Counted from the first letter of the stretch, positions 36,532 through 45,707 are shown. The stretch: 64,000 bases of DNA from a virus (IMGVR_UViG_3300006880_000001:1-64000), one strand, 5' to 3'. Numbers and translations are program-made. Notes: generated from the sequence alone by a model not told the origin.

Positions 36532-37292
36532 GGCAACACTTCCTTGATGGCCTGGATGGCGTATTCACCCTCGATGCTGGGGATGGCGTCGCGGATCCGC
36601 TCGGCATAGTTGTCGGGGGTCATGGAGGCCCACGGGATGCGCGCACCGCGGGCGTGGTGGGCGACCGACTCCGGGTTGGGCTCGGAGATGAACTCGATGT
36701 AGCGCGCGCGGGCGACGCCGGGCGCGTTCTCGACCGAGCCGAAGGTCTCGACCCAGAAGCCGGGGCCGAACGGGCTCTGACCGCCGGGGGCCTGCGTGGC
36801 GGGGCTGAGCGCGCGCTGGCGCTCGACCAGGATGCGCAGCGCTTCGGCGCCGGCGGTGGCGCTGATGACCGCGGTGTGGGCGTACTCGCCGTCCCAGACC
36901 AAGGCGACCTCCCCCTGGTCGATCGACGAGCCGAGCACCGACCGGAAGTAGAGGACGTCGACGTCGCTCCAGATCCCACCGTGGCGATGGAGGAGCCAGT
37001 GGCGGAGGACGTCGGAGCGGAAGACCTGGCACCACGCGCTCGAGGCGTCGTAGCCGGTCAGGCTGGCGCCGGTGACCTCATCGGGATCGACGAAGGCCAT
37101 CTCGATGTCGGCCTTGAGGGCGTCGTCGAAGTAGCAGCGCCCCGCGGGGTAGGCCGTCTGCTCATGCGGATGGGGTCGGTAGAGGGTCACCCGCCAGTCC
37201 GGGTGATGGATCCGGAAGCTCCACATGGACAGGTACTGGAACCAGGGGAGGGTCGTGTTTCCCCAGTAGAAGTGGGCGTGGCGCTGGTTCAT
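36528..37292 (-). CDS. DXD sugar-binding glycosyltransferase (GT32/Och1-like)
   Basis: HFYW, RSDVLR..LLHRHGGIWSDVD, FGP. Confidence 0.8.
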   Translation of the reverse strand: MNQRHAHFYWGNTTLPWFQYLSMWSFRIHHPDWRVTLYRPHPHEQTAYPAGRCYFDDALKADIEMAFVDPDEVTGASLTGYDASSAWCQVFRSDVLRHWLLHRHGGIWSDVDVLYFRSVLGSSIDQGEVALVWDGEYAHTAVISATAGAEALRILVERQRALSPATQAPGGQSPFGPGFWVETFGSVENAPGVARARYIEFISEPNPESVAHHARGARIPWASMTPDNYAERIRDAIPSIEGEYAIQAIKEVLP

Positions 37293-37356
37293 CTTCAACG
37301 ACTGTAACAGCTCACCGCGATCGGGCAGCAGAAAGACCTCTGCTAGAATCGCGGGT

Positions 37357-37680
37357 ATGCCCAGACGTGATCTGCTCCCTGGAGGACGTGCCGCTGGACG
37401 GTCTCCGTCCGAGTTCGATCCCGCGCAGCTGCGCCGCGGCATCAAGGTCGAGCTGGAGCACACCCCCGATCGTCGGATAGCCCGCGAGATCGCGATGGAT
37501 CACCTGACGGAAGACCCGCGCTATTACACCAAGTTGGCGCGGGTCCACCTGGATGGCGTTGGACGAAAGACCATCGCCGCCGGAGTGGTCTTGGGGTTCG
37601 TCGTTACGGGGTTCGTCGCCTGGCGCTACCGCCGCCAGGTCATTTCCGCAATCGCGACCATCGCCCCCGCGGTCTCCTGA
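37357..37680 (+). CDS. DUF5661-like protein with C-terminal TM anchor
   Basis: GIKVELEHT..IAREIAMDHLTEDPRYYTKL, then LDGVG and a TM helix. Confidence 0.75.
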   Translation: MPRRDLLPGGRAAGRSPSEFDPAQLRRGIKVELEHTPDRRIAREIAMDHLTEDPRYYTKLARVHLDGVGRKTIAAGVVLGFVVTGFVAWRYRRQVISAIATIAPAVS

Positions 37681-37716
37681 AAGAACGGTCACCGCGCCGT
37701 GGTACAGACCACGGTG

Positions 37717-39093
37717 ATGACCGAGAGCATCTACATCATCGGAGGTGGGACCGTATTCCACGTCCGGCCCCACCTGGCCCTGGCCGCGATGGCGTACGGC
37801 ACCGCTGCACGCCGGCTCGCCCACCACGTCAACCATGCGGGCCGCGTCTACCACGCCGACCACACGGGCAGCTTCCACGGCGCCGTGCACCTTTACCTGA
37901 CGAAGATGGCGGGGGACGTGCACGAGGTCACGTACCCGCCGACCGACGGGACGGCTATGAAGCCGCGCCCCCGCCTCGAGACCAACGACGACGTCGCCAA
38001 CCTGGTCGAGAAGATCGTCGCCGACCCGACGGCGAGGATCCTCTTCCTACCGGTCGCGCTGTGCGACTTCCGAGGGCAGGTGAACGAGGGCCCAGCACAC
38101 CCATTCGACCTCGGCGTCGCCGGCTCCGGCAAGGAGCTCCCCCGCCTGTCGTCGGCGCAGCAGTACACCATGGACCTCGTCGCTGCTCCGAAGATCCTGC
38201 AGATGGTCCGCGCCACCCGGAAGGACCTCTTCCTCGTCGCCTTCAAGACGACCGCGGGCGCTAGCCGCGAGGCGCAGTTCGAGGCGGGCCTTCGACTGCT
38301 CAAGACGGCGTCGTGCAACCTGGTGGTCGCCAACGACATCCGTACCCGACACAACATGATCGTCACGCCGGAGCAGTCGTGGTACGCCCCCTCCGACGGC
38401 GACCGCGATGCGGTCCTCCGCGCGGTGGTCGACATGGCGATCCACCGATCGCAGGGCACCTTCACACGGTCGACCGTGGTCCCCGGCGATCCGGTCTTCT
38501 GGAACTCGAACCACGTCCCGAGCTCGCTGCGTACCGTGGTCGATCACTGCATCCGCCGCGGGGCCTACCGCGCGTTCCTCGGCAAGACGGTCGGCCACTT
38601 CGCGTTCAAGGTCGACGACAAGACATTCGTCACCTCCCGCCGCGGCGCCGACTTCAACGATATGGCCAAGGCCGGCATGGTCAAGGTCGAGCTCGACGGT
38701 GTCGATCGCGTCATCGCCCACGGCGCCAAGCCCTCCGTCGGCGGGCAGAGCCAACGCATCATCTTCCACGACCACCCGGACGTCGACTGCATCGTCCACT
38801 TCCACTGTCCGCTGCGGGAGGGGGCACACGTCCCGACGCGACCCCAGTGGCTCTACGAGTGCGGCTCCCACGAATGTGGGGAGAACACCAGCGACGGCCT
38901 CGCCCCGTTCGAGCTCGGCGGCTACAAGCACAACGTCAGCAAGCTGGTCGGCCGCGGCGCCCCGGTCTACGCGGTCATGCTCGACCGGCACGGTCCCAAC
39001 ATCGTCTTCCACCGGGACGTCAACCCGCAGGACGTCATCGACTTCATCGAGCAGAACTTCGACCTCACCAAGCAGACGAGCGACATGCCATGA
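37717..39093 (+). CDS. CoaB/DFP-like domain fused to a class II aldolase/adducin-like domain
   Basis: PVALCDF, PKIL, LVAFKT, LVVAND (CoaB-like); TSRRG, KPS, IVHFH (aldolase II-like). Confidence 0.7.
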   Translation: MTESIYIIGGGTVFHVRPHLALAAMAYGTAARRLAHHVNHAGRVYHADHTGSFHGAVHLYLTKMAGDVHEVTYPPTDGTAMKPRPRLETNDDVANLVEKIVADPTARILFLPVALCDFRGQVNEGPAHPFDLGVAGSGKELPRLSSAQQYTMDLVAAPKILQMVRATRKDLFLVAFKTTAGASREAQFEAGLRLLKTASCNLVVANDIRTRHNMIVTPEQSWYAPSDGDRDAVLRAVVDMAIHRSQGTFTRSTVVPGDPVFWNSNHVPSSLRTVVDHCIRRGAYRAFLGKTVGHFAFKVDDKTFVTSRRGADFNDMAKAGMVKVELDGVDRVIAHGAKPSVGGQSQRIIFHDHPDVDCIVHFHCPLREGAHVPTRPQWLYECGSHECGENTSDGLAPFELGGYKHNVSKLVGRGAPVYAVMLDRHGPNIVFHRDVNPQDVIDFIEQNFDLTKQTSDMP

Positions 39094-39680
39094 GCGACGA
39101 GACGAAGACGTTGTCTTTCCTCTTCGAGCTCGGGATCTCTTCGCCCCAACCGGGATCCCCCGCATCGCGCCCCCTGGGCTGGACGGACATCCACGTCAAG
39201 GTCCACGCCGACAAGGACTCCACCTTCGTCGACCTGGGCGTCGACTCCACCGTCGTAGGGCTGGGGCCAGGAAGGCTCTTCCTCACCAGAGACGACGTGA
39301 CATGGCTCGTCGAACGTCTCGTCGCATGCCGCGAGGTGATGGCCCTGCCGGATGTACCGAACACGGGCGGGAGGGGTTGCGCCGCGTGGCAGTGGGACCG
39401 CCAGCGCGCTGTCGAGGCCCATGTGGATGCCGCCCGGGCGCACCTCGCCTCGGCCTACCACATCATGCGCTCCCCCAGCCTCAATCCGAGCGGCGACCAC
39501 TACCGAGTCCTCGAGCAGATTCGGGAGCGCCTGCGGCTGCTTGTCGATGCGATCCCGACCAACAATGAGGTCCTGGCGGCGTTCAACGCGGAGCGCGCGT
39601 ACCGGAAGGCAGAGGACGAGGCCAGTGCTGGGATCGCCCAGATCGCGAAGCTCGAAACGGTGAAGGGCCCGGCCGAGTAG
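39090..39680 (+). CDS. hypothetical protein
   Basis: ATGA coupling. Confidence 0.6.
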   Translation: MSDETKTLSFLFELGISSPQPGSPASRPLGWTDIHVKVHADKDSTFVDLGVDSTVVGLGPGRLFLTRDDVTWLVERLVACREVMALPDVPNTGGRGCAAWQWDRQRAVEAHVDAARAHLASAYHIMRSPSLNPSGDHYRVLEQIRERLRLLVDAIPTNNEVLAAFNAERAYRKAEDEASAGIAQIAKLETVKGPAE

Positions 39681-39741
39681 CCGAGCCCTTCACGCAGCAC
39701 AGACAGGATGATCACCCCAAAAAATGGAGTGATATCAGATA

Positions 39742-40188
39742 CTAGAACGTGTAAGAGTGCCGGAAGAAGACCTCGAGATAGGCCTCGCCGGCGACCGCCT
39801 CGCTCGTGATGGCGATCTGCGGGTTGCCGGCGGCGACCGTCGCGTCGATCGACCAGGTCGAGGTGCCCGAGCGGTTGGTCACTTTGCACATGAAGCGCGG
39901 GACCAGGTCGTTGCCGATGCCGGCGCCGACCGACAGCTGATCACCGAGGAGCAGGTTTCTGGCCTGGGCCTGGATCATGGTGGTGGCGGCGACGGTGCCG
40001 ATACCGTCGACGCCAGCCCGCCCGAGCACGCGCATCGGGCCGCCTTCGGAGGCGTCGGTGCGCAGGTCGGGCGTCGCGGCGCCGGACGAGGTGATCGTGA
40101 AGGTGCCGCCGAGGGGCGAGCCCGAGTTGGCGAGCAGGTAGACCAGGCGGTCCTGGGTGACGTCGACGAGCGTGACGGTGATGGCCAT
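39742..40188 (-). CDS. beta-rich putative virion protein
   Basis: GGAGGA RBS; T/S/A/G-rich beta pattern. Confidence 0.65.
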   Translation of the reverse strand: MAITVTLVDVTQDRLVYLLANSGSPLGGTFTITSSGAATPDLRTDASEGGPMRVLGRAGVDGIGTVAATTMIQAQARNLLLGDQLSVGAGIGNDLVPRFMCKVTNRSGTSTWSIDATVAAGNPQIAITSEAVAGEAYLEVFFRHSYTF

Positions 40189-40233
40189 GAGAGTCCTCCT
40201 TGCGTGGGTTGGGTGAAGTACGTGAGGTTCGGA

Positions 40234-40482
40234 TCAGCGACGGCGCTTGGAGCGCGCACCCGCAAGCCCGGCGCGGAAGCGCCACGTTTGGGGCATCTTC
40301 GTGGTGCCGCAGTGGACGCCGTACGCCTTCGCGGCCGCGCGCCAGGTCTTGCCTGAGGCTCCCTTGCCGTAGAGGTCGATGCGCGACCCACGGTCGAGAT
40401 GGCGCCAGGCAGTCGCGCAGGCGCCCTTCTTGGCGAGTCGGAGGGCCTTCTTGGCGTCTACGTTGACTGTTTTCTTGGGCAT
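40234..40482 (-). CDS. small basic protein (..LAGARSKRRR)
   Basis: K/R/C-rich with the shared C-terminal motif. Confidence 0.7.
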   Translation of the reverse strand: MPKKTVNVDAKKALRLAKKGACATAWRHLDRGSRIDLYGKGASGKTWRAAAKAYGVHCGTTKMPQTWRFRAGLAGARSKRRR

Positions 40483-40506
40483 GGAGAGGGGCCTCGAGCT
40501 CTTGAC

Positions 40507-40728
40507 CTACTTGCGTCTCCCTCGGGCCGGCTTGCCGAAGCCGGGACCGGGGTGCTTGACACCCGCGCGGCGCAGGCACTCGTTGTACTTGGCGACGCGC
40601 AGGACCTCGCGGTCCTCGGGCCGGGTGCGCTTGGTGGCGGTCCAGGCGCGGTCCCAGCAGGCCTTCCGCGCGGCGGTGCGCCGGCGGCCGGCCTTGCTGG
40701 CGACGAGCTTCTTGCCGACGCGCTTCAT
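40507..40728 (-). CDS. small basic protein (..GFGKPARGRRK)
   Basis: K/R-rich, in a tandem operon. Confidence 0.65.
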   Translation of the reverse strand: MKRVGKKLVASKAGRRRTAARKACWDRAWTATKRTRPEDREVLRVAKYNECLRRAGVKHPGPGFGKPARGRRK

Positions 40729-40731
40729 GGT

Positions 40732-41052
40732 TCAGCGCCTACGCCGACGCCGGCGACGAGCACGGCCGAGGGAGGCGCCATCCATGCCCTGCCACATCAC
40801 GCGCTCGCGCTCGGCCTTGGCCTCGGCGGTCAGCGGCGCCATCTTCTGCCACTCCTTCTTGCCGGCGGAGACGCCGCGGGCGTAGGAGGCCTTGGCGATC
40901 GTGGCGCAGGCCTTCCGGCCGATGATCTTCTTGCCGAAGGTCTTGGCGGCGCGGTCAGGGCAACCGCCCCCCTTCTTGATCTTCCAGCCCTTCTTGATGC
41001 GACCGGTTCGGGCGTTGACGCCCTCGCACTTCTTCCAATCGGACGTGGCCAT
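40732..41052 (-). CDS. small basic putative core protein (..LGRARRRRRRR)
   Basis: KCEGVNARTGRIKKGW..KGGGCP; paralogue of 41091-41393. Confidence 0.75.
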   Translation of the reverse strand: MATSDWKKCEGVNARTGRIKKGWKIKKGGGCPDRAAKTFGKKIIGRKACATIAKASYARGVSAGKKEWQKMAPLTAEAKAERERVMWQGMDGASLGRARRRRRRRR

Positions 41053-41090
41053 GGACCATCTCCTCGCTCAGAGCTCGGGGTTGGGACAGA

Positions 41091-41393
41091 TCAGCGGCGG
41101 CGCCGCCGCCGACGGCCCCGAGCTCCGGTGAGGCCGGGCAGCGTCAGCTGCTCGACGACGCTCGTGGTCGACTTGCCGGCCTTGGCGGCCTTGTAGCCGT
41201 CGCGCTTGCCGCGACTGAACATCGTCTTCACGATGGTGCCGCAGCGGCCGCGGCCGACGACGGTCTTGCCGCCGGCGCGTGGTGCCTTTTTGGTCGGCTG
41301 GGGGCAGCCACCGCCCTTGACGGACCGGTAGCCCTTCTTGATGCGGCCGGTGCGCTTGTTGATGCCGGCACACTTCGCGCGAGCGGTAGCCAT
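41091..41393 (-). CDS. small basic putative core protein (..LTGARGRRRRRRR)
   Basis: KCAGINKRTGRIKKGY..KGGGCP; leaderless behind the palindrome promoter. Confidence 0.75.
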   Translation of the reverse strand: MATARAKCAGINKRTGRIKKGYRSVKGGGCPQPTKKAPRAGGKTVVGRGRCGTIVKTMFSRGKRDGYKAAKAGKSTTSVVEQLTLPGLTGARGRRRRRRR

Positions 41394-41412
41394 GGAGCAA
41401 AGCGTACTCGAG

Positions 41413-41428
41413 GATCGAAGGTGCGATC
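41413..41428. promoter_or_regulatory. 16-bp palindromic operator, copy 1
   Basis: GATCGAAGGTGCGATC just upstream of the TACGCT -10 of 41393(-). Confidence 0.7.
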
Positions 41429-41475
41429 AAGGCGAACCTGGCACCGGGCTCGCAGGGCGTGGTACCCTGGTCGAC

Positions 41476-41739
41476 GTGCCTGACGCCAACCACGCCGGGG
41501 ACGCTGAGGCGAGCCAAGTCGACGTGCTCCACCTCGCCATGCGGGGGCTCACCAACGAGATCGGCCAGCTCACGCGACGCATGGAGGCTGTCGAGAGCGG
41601 CCTCGCGCTCGTGGGCGAGCGCCTGACGCGCCTGGAGGTCCTCTCTGACGGCATCCACCGTCTCGCCAACGCGATGCAGGGTCTCACGCTGGAGCTCGAG
41701 CTCGCGCGAGTCCGGGGGGCGAAGGCCGACGGAACCTAG
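41476..41739 (+). CDS. coiled-coil protein
   Basis: TACCCT-N7-GTG leaderless start; heptad pattern. Confidence 0.55.
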   Translation: MPDANHAGDAEASQVDVLHLAMRGLTNEIGQLTRRMEAVESGLALVGERLTRLEVLSDGIHRLANAMQGLTLELELARVRGAKADGT

Positions 41740-42017
41740 CGTCGGCGCCGACGCGGACCGGTCAGATCGAGGAGCTCGCCGCGCTCACCGCGGGTCTTGC
41801 GCACGCCTTGGTGCGGGGCCGTTCGGACGCACTGCGCGACGACCAGCCGACGGAGGTCGTACATCTTCCGCTTGGCCTGCCCTGCGTAGGGCTCGGCATA
41901 GAGGAGCGCGTCGACGGCGCTCTTGCAGTCCCCGAGCTCGAGGTGGTCTCGGATGAGGCGCACCTGCGCGCTGACCTCTCGATCTGCGTTGTGTTGCTGA
42001 CGTCGGCGGGTACTCAT
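41736..42017 (-). CDS. small basic protein (..LTGPRRRRR)
   Basis: ATGA coupling; shared C-terminal motif. Confidence 0.7.
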   Translation of the reverse strand: MSTRRRQQHNADREVSAQVRLIRDHLELGDCKSAVDALLYAEPYAGQAKRKMYDLRRLVVAQCVRTAPHQGVRKTRGERGELLDLTGPRRRRR

Positions 42018-42349
42018 CGACGCCTCCGTGGCCGCGGCCCCTTCAGCTCCAGCTGGCGACCGCGTTCCGCGGTCTCCTCGGCGAGCCGGCTGTAGTCCTT
42101 CGGCGCCGAGCGCGTGCAGCGCGCGAGCATCTGCTCGCGCCATCGGTAGTCGCCTCCGACGTCGCTCACGTCCTGCTTCTTGCGTCGTGCGACGCCGAAG
42201 AGATGCTTCAACTCGGCCAGGCGGAATACGAAACCTTGGCAGTCGTCATTGGCCATCGCGCGCCGGACCTGCGCGTCGACGGCCACGGCCTGCTCGCGAA
42301 GGGATGGACGTTTCCCTCGCGGCCTCATCGGACCCTTTGGCAGCGCCAT
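42014..42349 (-). CDS. small basic protein (..LKGPRPRRRR)
   Basis: AAGGAG RBS; shared C-terminal motif. Confidence 0.7.
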   Translation of the reverse strand: MALPKGPMRPRGKRPSLREQAVAVDAQVRRAMANDDCQGFVFRLAELKHLFGVARRKKQDVSDVGGDYRWREQMLARCTRSAPKDYSRLAEETAERGRQLELKGPRPRRRR

Positions 42350-42361
42350 GGTTCAGGCTCC

Positions 42362-42652
42362 TTACGAGGGGGGACCCTTCTTGAACTTCGAGGCAGCGCG
42401 GGCGTCCGCGGCCTTGTCGTTGCCGGCGATCGCGGACGCGAACTTGGTGAGGGCTGCGTCGATGACCTTGGGATCGATCTTGCCCTTCGTCAGGTTGGCC
42501 AAGAGGGCCACCGCCGCAGCCTTGACCGCGGTCAGGATCTCGACTGCGCGGTCGTCGATCTGCGTCTTGGTGAGCCCCGCCAGCGACGACAGCAGCGACT
42601 GCAGTCGGTCGTAGTGGTCGAGGAGGTGGCGAAGGTCTTCGAGCTTGCTCAT
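42362..42652 (-). CDS. amphipathic helical protein
   Basis: ATGA coupling, AGGAG RBS. Confidence 0.65.
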   Translation of the reverse strand: MSKLEDLRHLLDHYDRLQSLLSSLAGLTKTQIDDRAVEILTAVKAAAVALLANLTKGKIDPKVIDAALTKFASAIAGNDKAADARAASKFKKGPPS

Positions 42653-42924
42653 CGAGCTCTCCTGCGGCGTGCACCGCGCAGCGGCGTCCCGCATCGGTTG
42701 GAGGTCCACAGCTGCAGCGCCTCTTCGAGGTGCTCCTTGGCCTTCGCGCGGAGGTGTCGGATGGACTTCTGGCTGCCGACGGTCTTGGTTACGAGCTCGC
42801 GCCGTGGGCCCATCCTCATGCCGTGCGAGTAGACCGCCCCTTCGATCGCGTCAGCTCGCTCGAGGAGTCGCTCGGCCGTGGCGCGAAGACGGACGGCTCG
42901 GTGGCAGGGGCTTCGGTGCGACAT
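42649..42924 (-). CDS. small basic protein (..LRGARRRRAR)
   Basis: Shared C-terminal motif. Confidence 0.55.
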   Translation of the reverse strand: MSHRSPCHRAVRLRATAERLLERADAIEGAVYSHGMRMGPRRELVTKTVGSQKSIRHLRAKAKEHLEEALQLWTSNRCGTPLRGARRRRAR

Positions 42925-43297
42925 CAGGGTCCTTTGTGCGGAGCTTGTCGATGGCTCGACGGAAGTTGATGGCGGCCTGGACCGCCGCCCGCACCGATTC
43001 TACCGCGGCGTCGGACTCGGCGTCACGGGCAAGCGAAGCCACCGCCAGGAGACGGTAGGCGGCCGCGAAGGCAGCCAGGACCGGCGCCCGTGCGCCCCGA
43101 TACCGCTCCAGGCCACGAAGCGCATCCGGGTACGACGCCGCCTCGTCGACGATGCGGTCCTGGGTCGTCCGATCCCAGGTGTCGAACCCAGTCGCCGACG
43201 CTTCGAGCACCGCGAAGCTCCGGCGGAGGGCCTTCTGGTGACCACCACACCCCACCGCAAGGGTGAGGACCATGAGAAGGATGCGACGGTAGGTCAT
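42851..43297 (-). CDS. lipoprotein
   Basis: MTYRRILLMVLTLAVG-C lipobox. Confidence 0.7.
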   Translation of the reverse strand: MTYRRILLMVLTLAVGCGGHQKALRRSFAVLEASATGFDTWDRTTQDRIVDEAASYPDALRGLERYRGARAPVLAAFAAAYRLLAVASLARDAESDAAVESVRAAVQAAINFRRAIDKLRTKDPDVAPKPLPPSRPSSRHGRATPRAS

Positions 43298-43348
43298 CAC
43301 TTTGGGTTGTACCATGGGCGGTCACGGGGGCGTGGTATCGTGTTTGGG

Positions 43349-43750
43349 ATGCATACCCATCTGTCCTCACGACACCGCCGCCCGGTCAAAGGGGAATGCT
43401 ACTGCGACCGCGTCTGGATGGGGATCTTCCCGCCCCCGCCCTGCGATCCGGCGGTCTGCCGGCGGCGCTCCTTCGCCGATCGCTACTTCGACTTCCCCTT
43501 CCCGGAGCGCAGCACCGCACAGCCGCCGCAGCCGCGCGAACCGACGACCGGGAGTCCACCGCCCCACGCGCCGGAGTCGACGACCGTTCCAACGCCGGTG
43601 TACCCGGTCCCGACCCCGCCCGTGATTCCCGAGGTGCAGGGGACGGGGTGGCAGTGTCCGTGCTGCGGCCTCGTCCACGCTCCCTGGGTGAGCTCCTGCG
43701 GCTGCGCAGTCCGGATCATCATCACGCCCACGACCACGACCATCCAGTGA
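43349..43750 (+). CDS. Pro/Cys-rich protein with C-terminal GWQCPCCG..APW..C.C zinc ribbon
   Basis: Leaderless after GTCAC-N10-TATCGT. Confidence 0.65.
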   Translation: MHTHLSSRHRRPVKGECYCDRVWMGIFPPPPCDPAVCRRRSFADRYFDFPFPERSTAQPPQPREPTTGSPPPHAPESTTVPTPVYPVPTPPVIPEVQGTGWQCPCCGLVHAPWVSSCGCAVRIIITPTTTTIQ

Positions 43751-43900
43751 AGGTCCCAACGCGCGAGGAGATGCTCGCGGCCCAGCTCCCGTTCGAAGTC
43801 GAACGGATCTCAGTGACACCGGAGGGGACCACATCGCCGGTCACCTGGCGGTACCTCAGCGAGGCCGCGATGCACGAGCAGGATGCCGCGGCCCGCGCGG

Positions 43901-44218
43901 CTATCGCAGGCCCTTCAGAAGGTCCGCGACGTTCCCCGGATAGATCTCCTGCAGACGGCGCTCGACCGCGCGGACCAACCCCTCGCGCTCCACGAGGTGG
44001 TCGCGGGCGGCGAGGGTGATGCTGAGGAGACCGACGAGGAGCGCCGACGAGAGGCGATTCACGTCGATCTCCCGGATGGCCGCGTCGAGGTGGGCGAAGT
44101 GCCCGCCATCGAACAGATCGTCGATGGCGTCGTAGAGGACGTCGAGCGCGTCGTCCACCTTGCCCTCCGCGTCGAATGTGTAGACGCGATCGAGCCACAG
44201 GTGACTGTCGGGCAACAT
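43901..44218 (-). CDS. hypothetical helical protein
   Basis: TGATG coupling. Confidence 0.6.
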   Translation of the reverse strand: MLPDSHLWLDRVYTFDAEGKVDDALDVLYDAIDDLFDGGHFAHLDAAIREIDVNRLSSALLVGLLSITLAARDHLVEREGLVRAVERRLQEIYPGNVADLLKGLR

Positions 44219-44487
44219 CAGTCCTCGGCCGCCTTGGGGGGAAGCTTCGGGATGCGGGTCGATCCTGCCTGGTGGATCTTGGCCGCCTCCTTACCATGGT
44301 CCGCGACGCCTTGACCGACGAGGTAGGCGATGACGAGGGCCACGACCTTCTCGAGCTCGTCCTCGGTAACGGTGACGCTGACCTTGGCGAGCAGCGGTGT
44401 GACCAGAACGAAGAGGACGGTGGCGATCGTGGCCACCGCCTTCTTCGAGCCGGCGATGGCGGAGAGGAAGCGCTGAAGGAGTTCCAT
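44218..44487 (-). CDS. holin-like two-TM protein
   Basis: SKK-TM1..TM2-YLVGQGVAD, charged tail. Confidence 0.65.
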   Translation of the reverse strand: MELLQRFLSAIAGSKKAVATIATVLFVLVTPLLAKVSVTVTEDELEKVVALVIAYLVGQGVADHGKEAAKIHQAGSTRIPKLPPKAAED

Positions 44488-44492
44488 CGGGT

Positions 44493-44508
44493 GATCGTAC
44501 CTTCGATC
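44493..44508. promoter_or_regulatory. 16-bp palindromic operator, copy 2
   Basis: GATCGTACCTTCGATC, 5 nt upstream of the holin-like ATG. Confidence 0.7.
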
Positions 44509-44520
44509 AGCCCTTTTCTG

Positions 44521-45153
44521 TTACTGCTTCGGCAACTCCTCAGTTTTCTTTAGCCTTCTCGCGCGCGCATCCTCCCGTGGCGACCAGCGATAGTGCCCGT
44601 GTGGCTTCGTGACGCCGTAGTCGCTCGCTGGCTTGGTCGTCGGTTGGGTGGTCGGGATCTTCTGCGTGATGTCGTACGAGGGTCCCTCGAAGGCCTCGTC
44701 CTGTTTGTGGGCCATCCAACGGGCGAGGAGCGCGAAGAGCAATACCCCGCCCACCATCGTCCCCACCATGGCGTACGCGGGCAGTCCAGGCTGACGGCCC
44801 CCTTCGAGGGCGCGGGTGACGTACGTACGGACTACCTTCGCGTTCCGGGCCAGGTGCGTGATCCACTGCTGGACGGTCGTCCCCGATGTGGGCCAGGCCA
44901 CCCGGGCGAGCGTGGGGTCGAAGGCCCAGTGGAGCCGCTGCGCGATGAGGGTCAGCACCCACTGTGCCGCCACCGCGGTCTCCTTCGTGATGCGGCCGTC
45001 GACCGGGAGCTCGAGGACCTCCTTGGGCACCTGGGATCCGGCCTGCGCGAACTGGCTTGCGGCGGTCCGCAGGGCTTGCTGGAGCGCGGCGAACTCAGTC
45101 CGGGTGGCCTCGTTGGTCGCCTCGCAGGCGTAGGCGGTACAGGCGGGCGGCAT
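44521..45153 (-). CDS. membrane-anchored protein with a peptidoglycan-binding-like motif
   Basis: ALQQAL..LPVDGRI..ET; C-terminal TM; similar to 46625-47263. Confidence 0.6.
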   Translation of the reverse strand: MPPACTAYACEATNEATRTEFAALQQALRTAASQFAQAGSQVPKEVLELPVDGRITKETAVAAQWVLTLIAQRLHWAFDPTLARVAWPTSGTTVQQWITHLARNAKVVRTYVTRALEGGRQPGLPAYAMVGTMVGGVLLFALLARWMAHKQDEAFEGPSYDITQKIPTTQPTTKPASDYGVTKPHGHYRWSPREDARARRLKKTEELPKQ

Positions 45154-45226
45154 GCGAAGAATCGTACCATGAGCGTCCGCGCATTTCGCTGCGCGTTCGA
45201 TCAGCCGATCTATATTGGGCACCATT

Positions 45227-45697
45227 ATGACCGCCAAGAACTACAACGACCTCTCAACCACGTTCGTCAAGGATGTCACCTCGCGCGCGCAGGCGTTCGT
45301 CGGTTCGATCCTCGACCAGGCGACGGCCGAGGCCAAGGCCGGCATGCAACGGGTCTTCAACGGCGGCGCCCCGACCGCAGCGACACCCCCGACCAACGGC
45401 CACACCAAGAAGAAGCCGACCAACGGCCACGCCAAGAAGGCGAAGCCCAAGGCGAAGGCGAAGGCCAAGGCGACGAAGGCGTCGGGATCGAAGCCGCGGA
45501 AGAAGCCGGTCAAGATCGACCCCGACCAAGTCGTCGAGATCCTCACCCAGGAGGGTCCGCTCGGACGCGGAGAGCTCGCGCGTCGCATCGGCGCCTCGGA
45601 GAGCGCGACCTACAACATGCTGACCACGCTGCTCGCCGAGGGACGCATCAGCAAGTCGGGTGCGCGACGTACCGCGAAGTGGGGCACGGTCAACTGA
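45227..45697 (+). CDS. Lys/Ala-rich (histone H1-like) linker + C-terminal winged HTH
   Basis: KKAKPKAKAKAK; LGRGELARRIGASESATYNMLTTLLAEGRI..G..W. Confidence 0.75.
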   Translation: MTAKNYNDLSTTFVKDVTSRAQAFVGSILDQATAEAKAGMQRVFNGGAPTAATPPTNGHTKKKPTNGHAKKAKPKAKAKAKATKASGSKPRKKPVKIDPDQVVEILTQEGPLGRGELARRIGASESATYNMLTTLLAEGRISKSGARRTAKWGTVN

Positions 45698-45707
45698 AGG
45701 AACGCCC

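Noticed and set aside
25262-37292. Host capsule/LPS locus marking a prophage boundary
   Set aside because: No export or polymerase genes, interspersed viral-type genes, and the same GTCAC-N10-TA promoters as the rest of the element.
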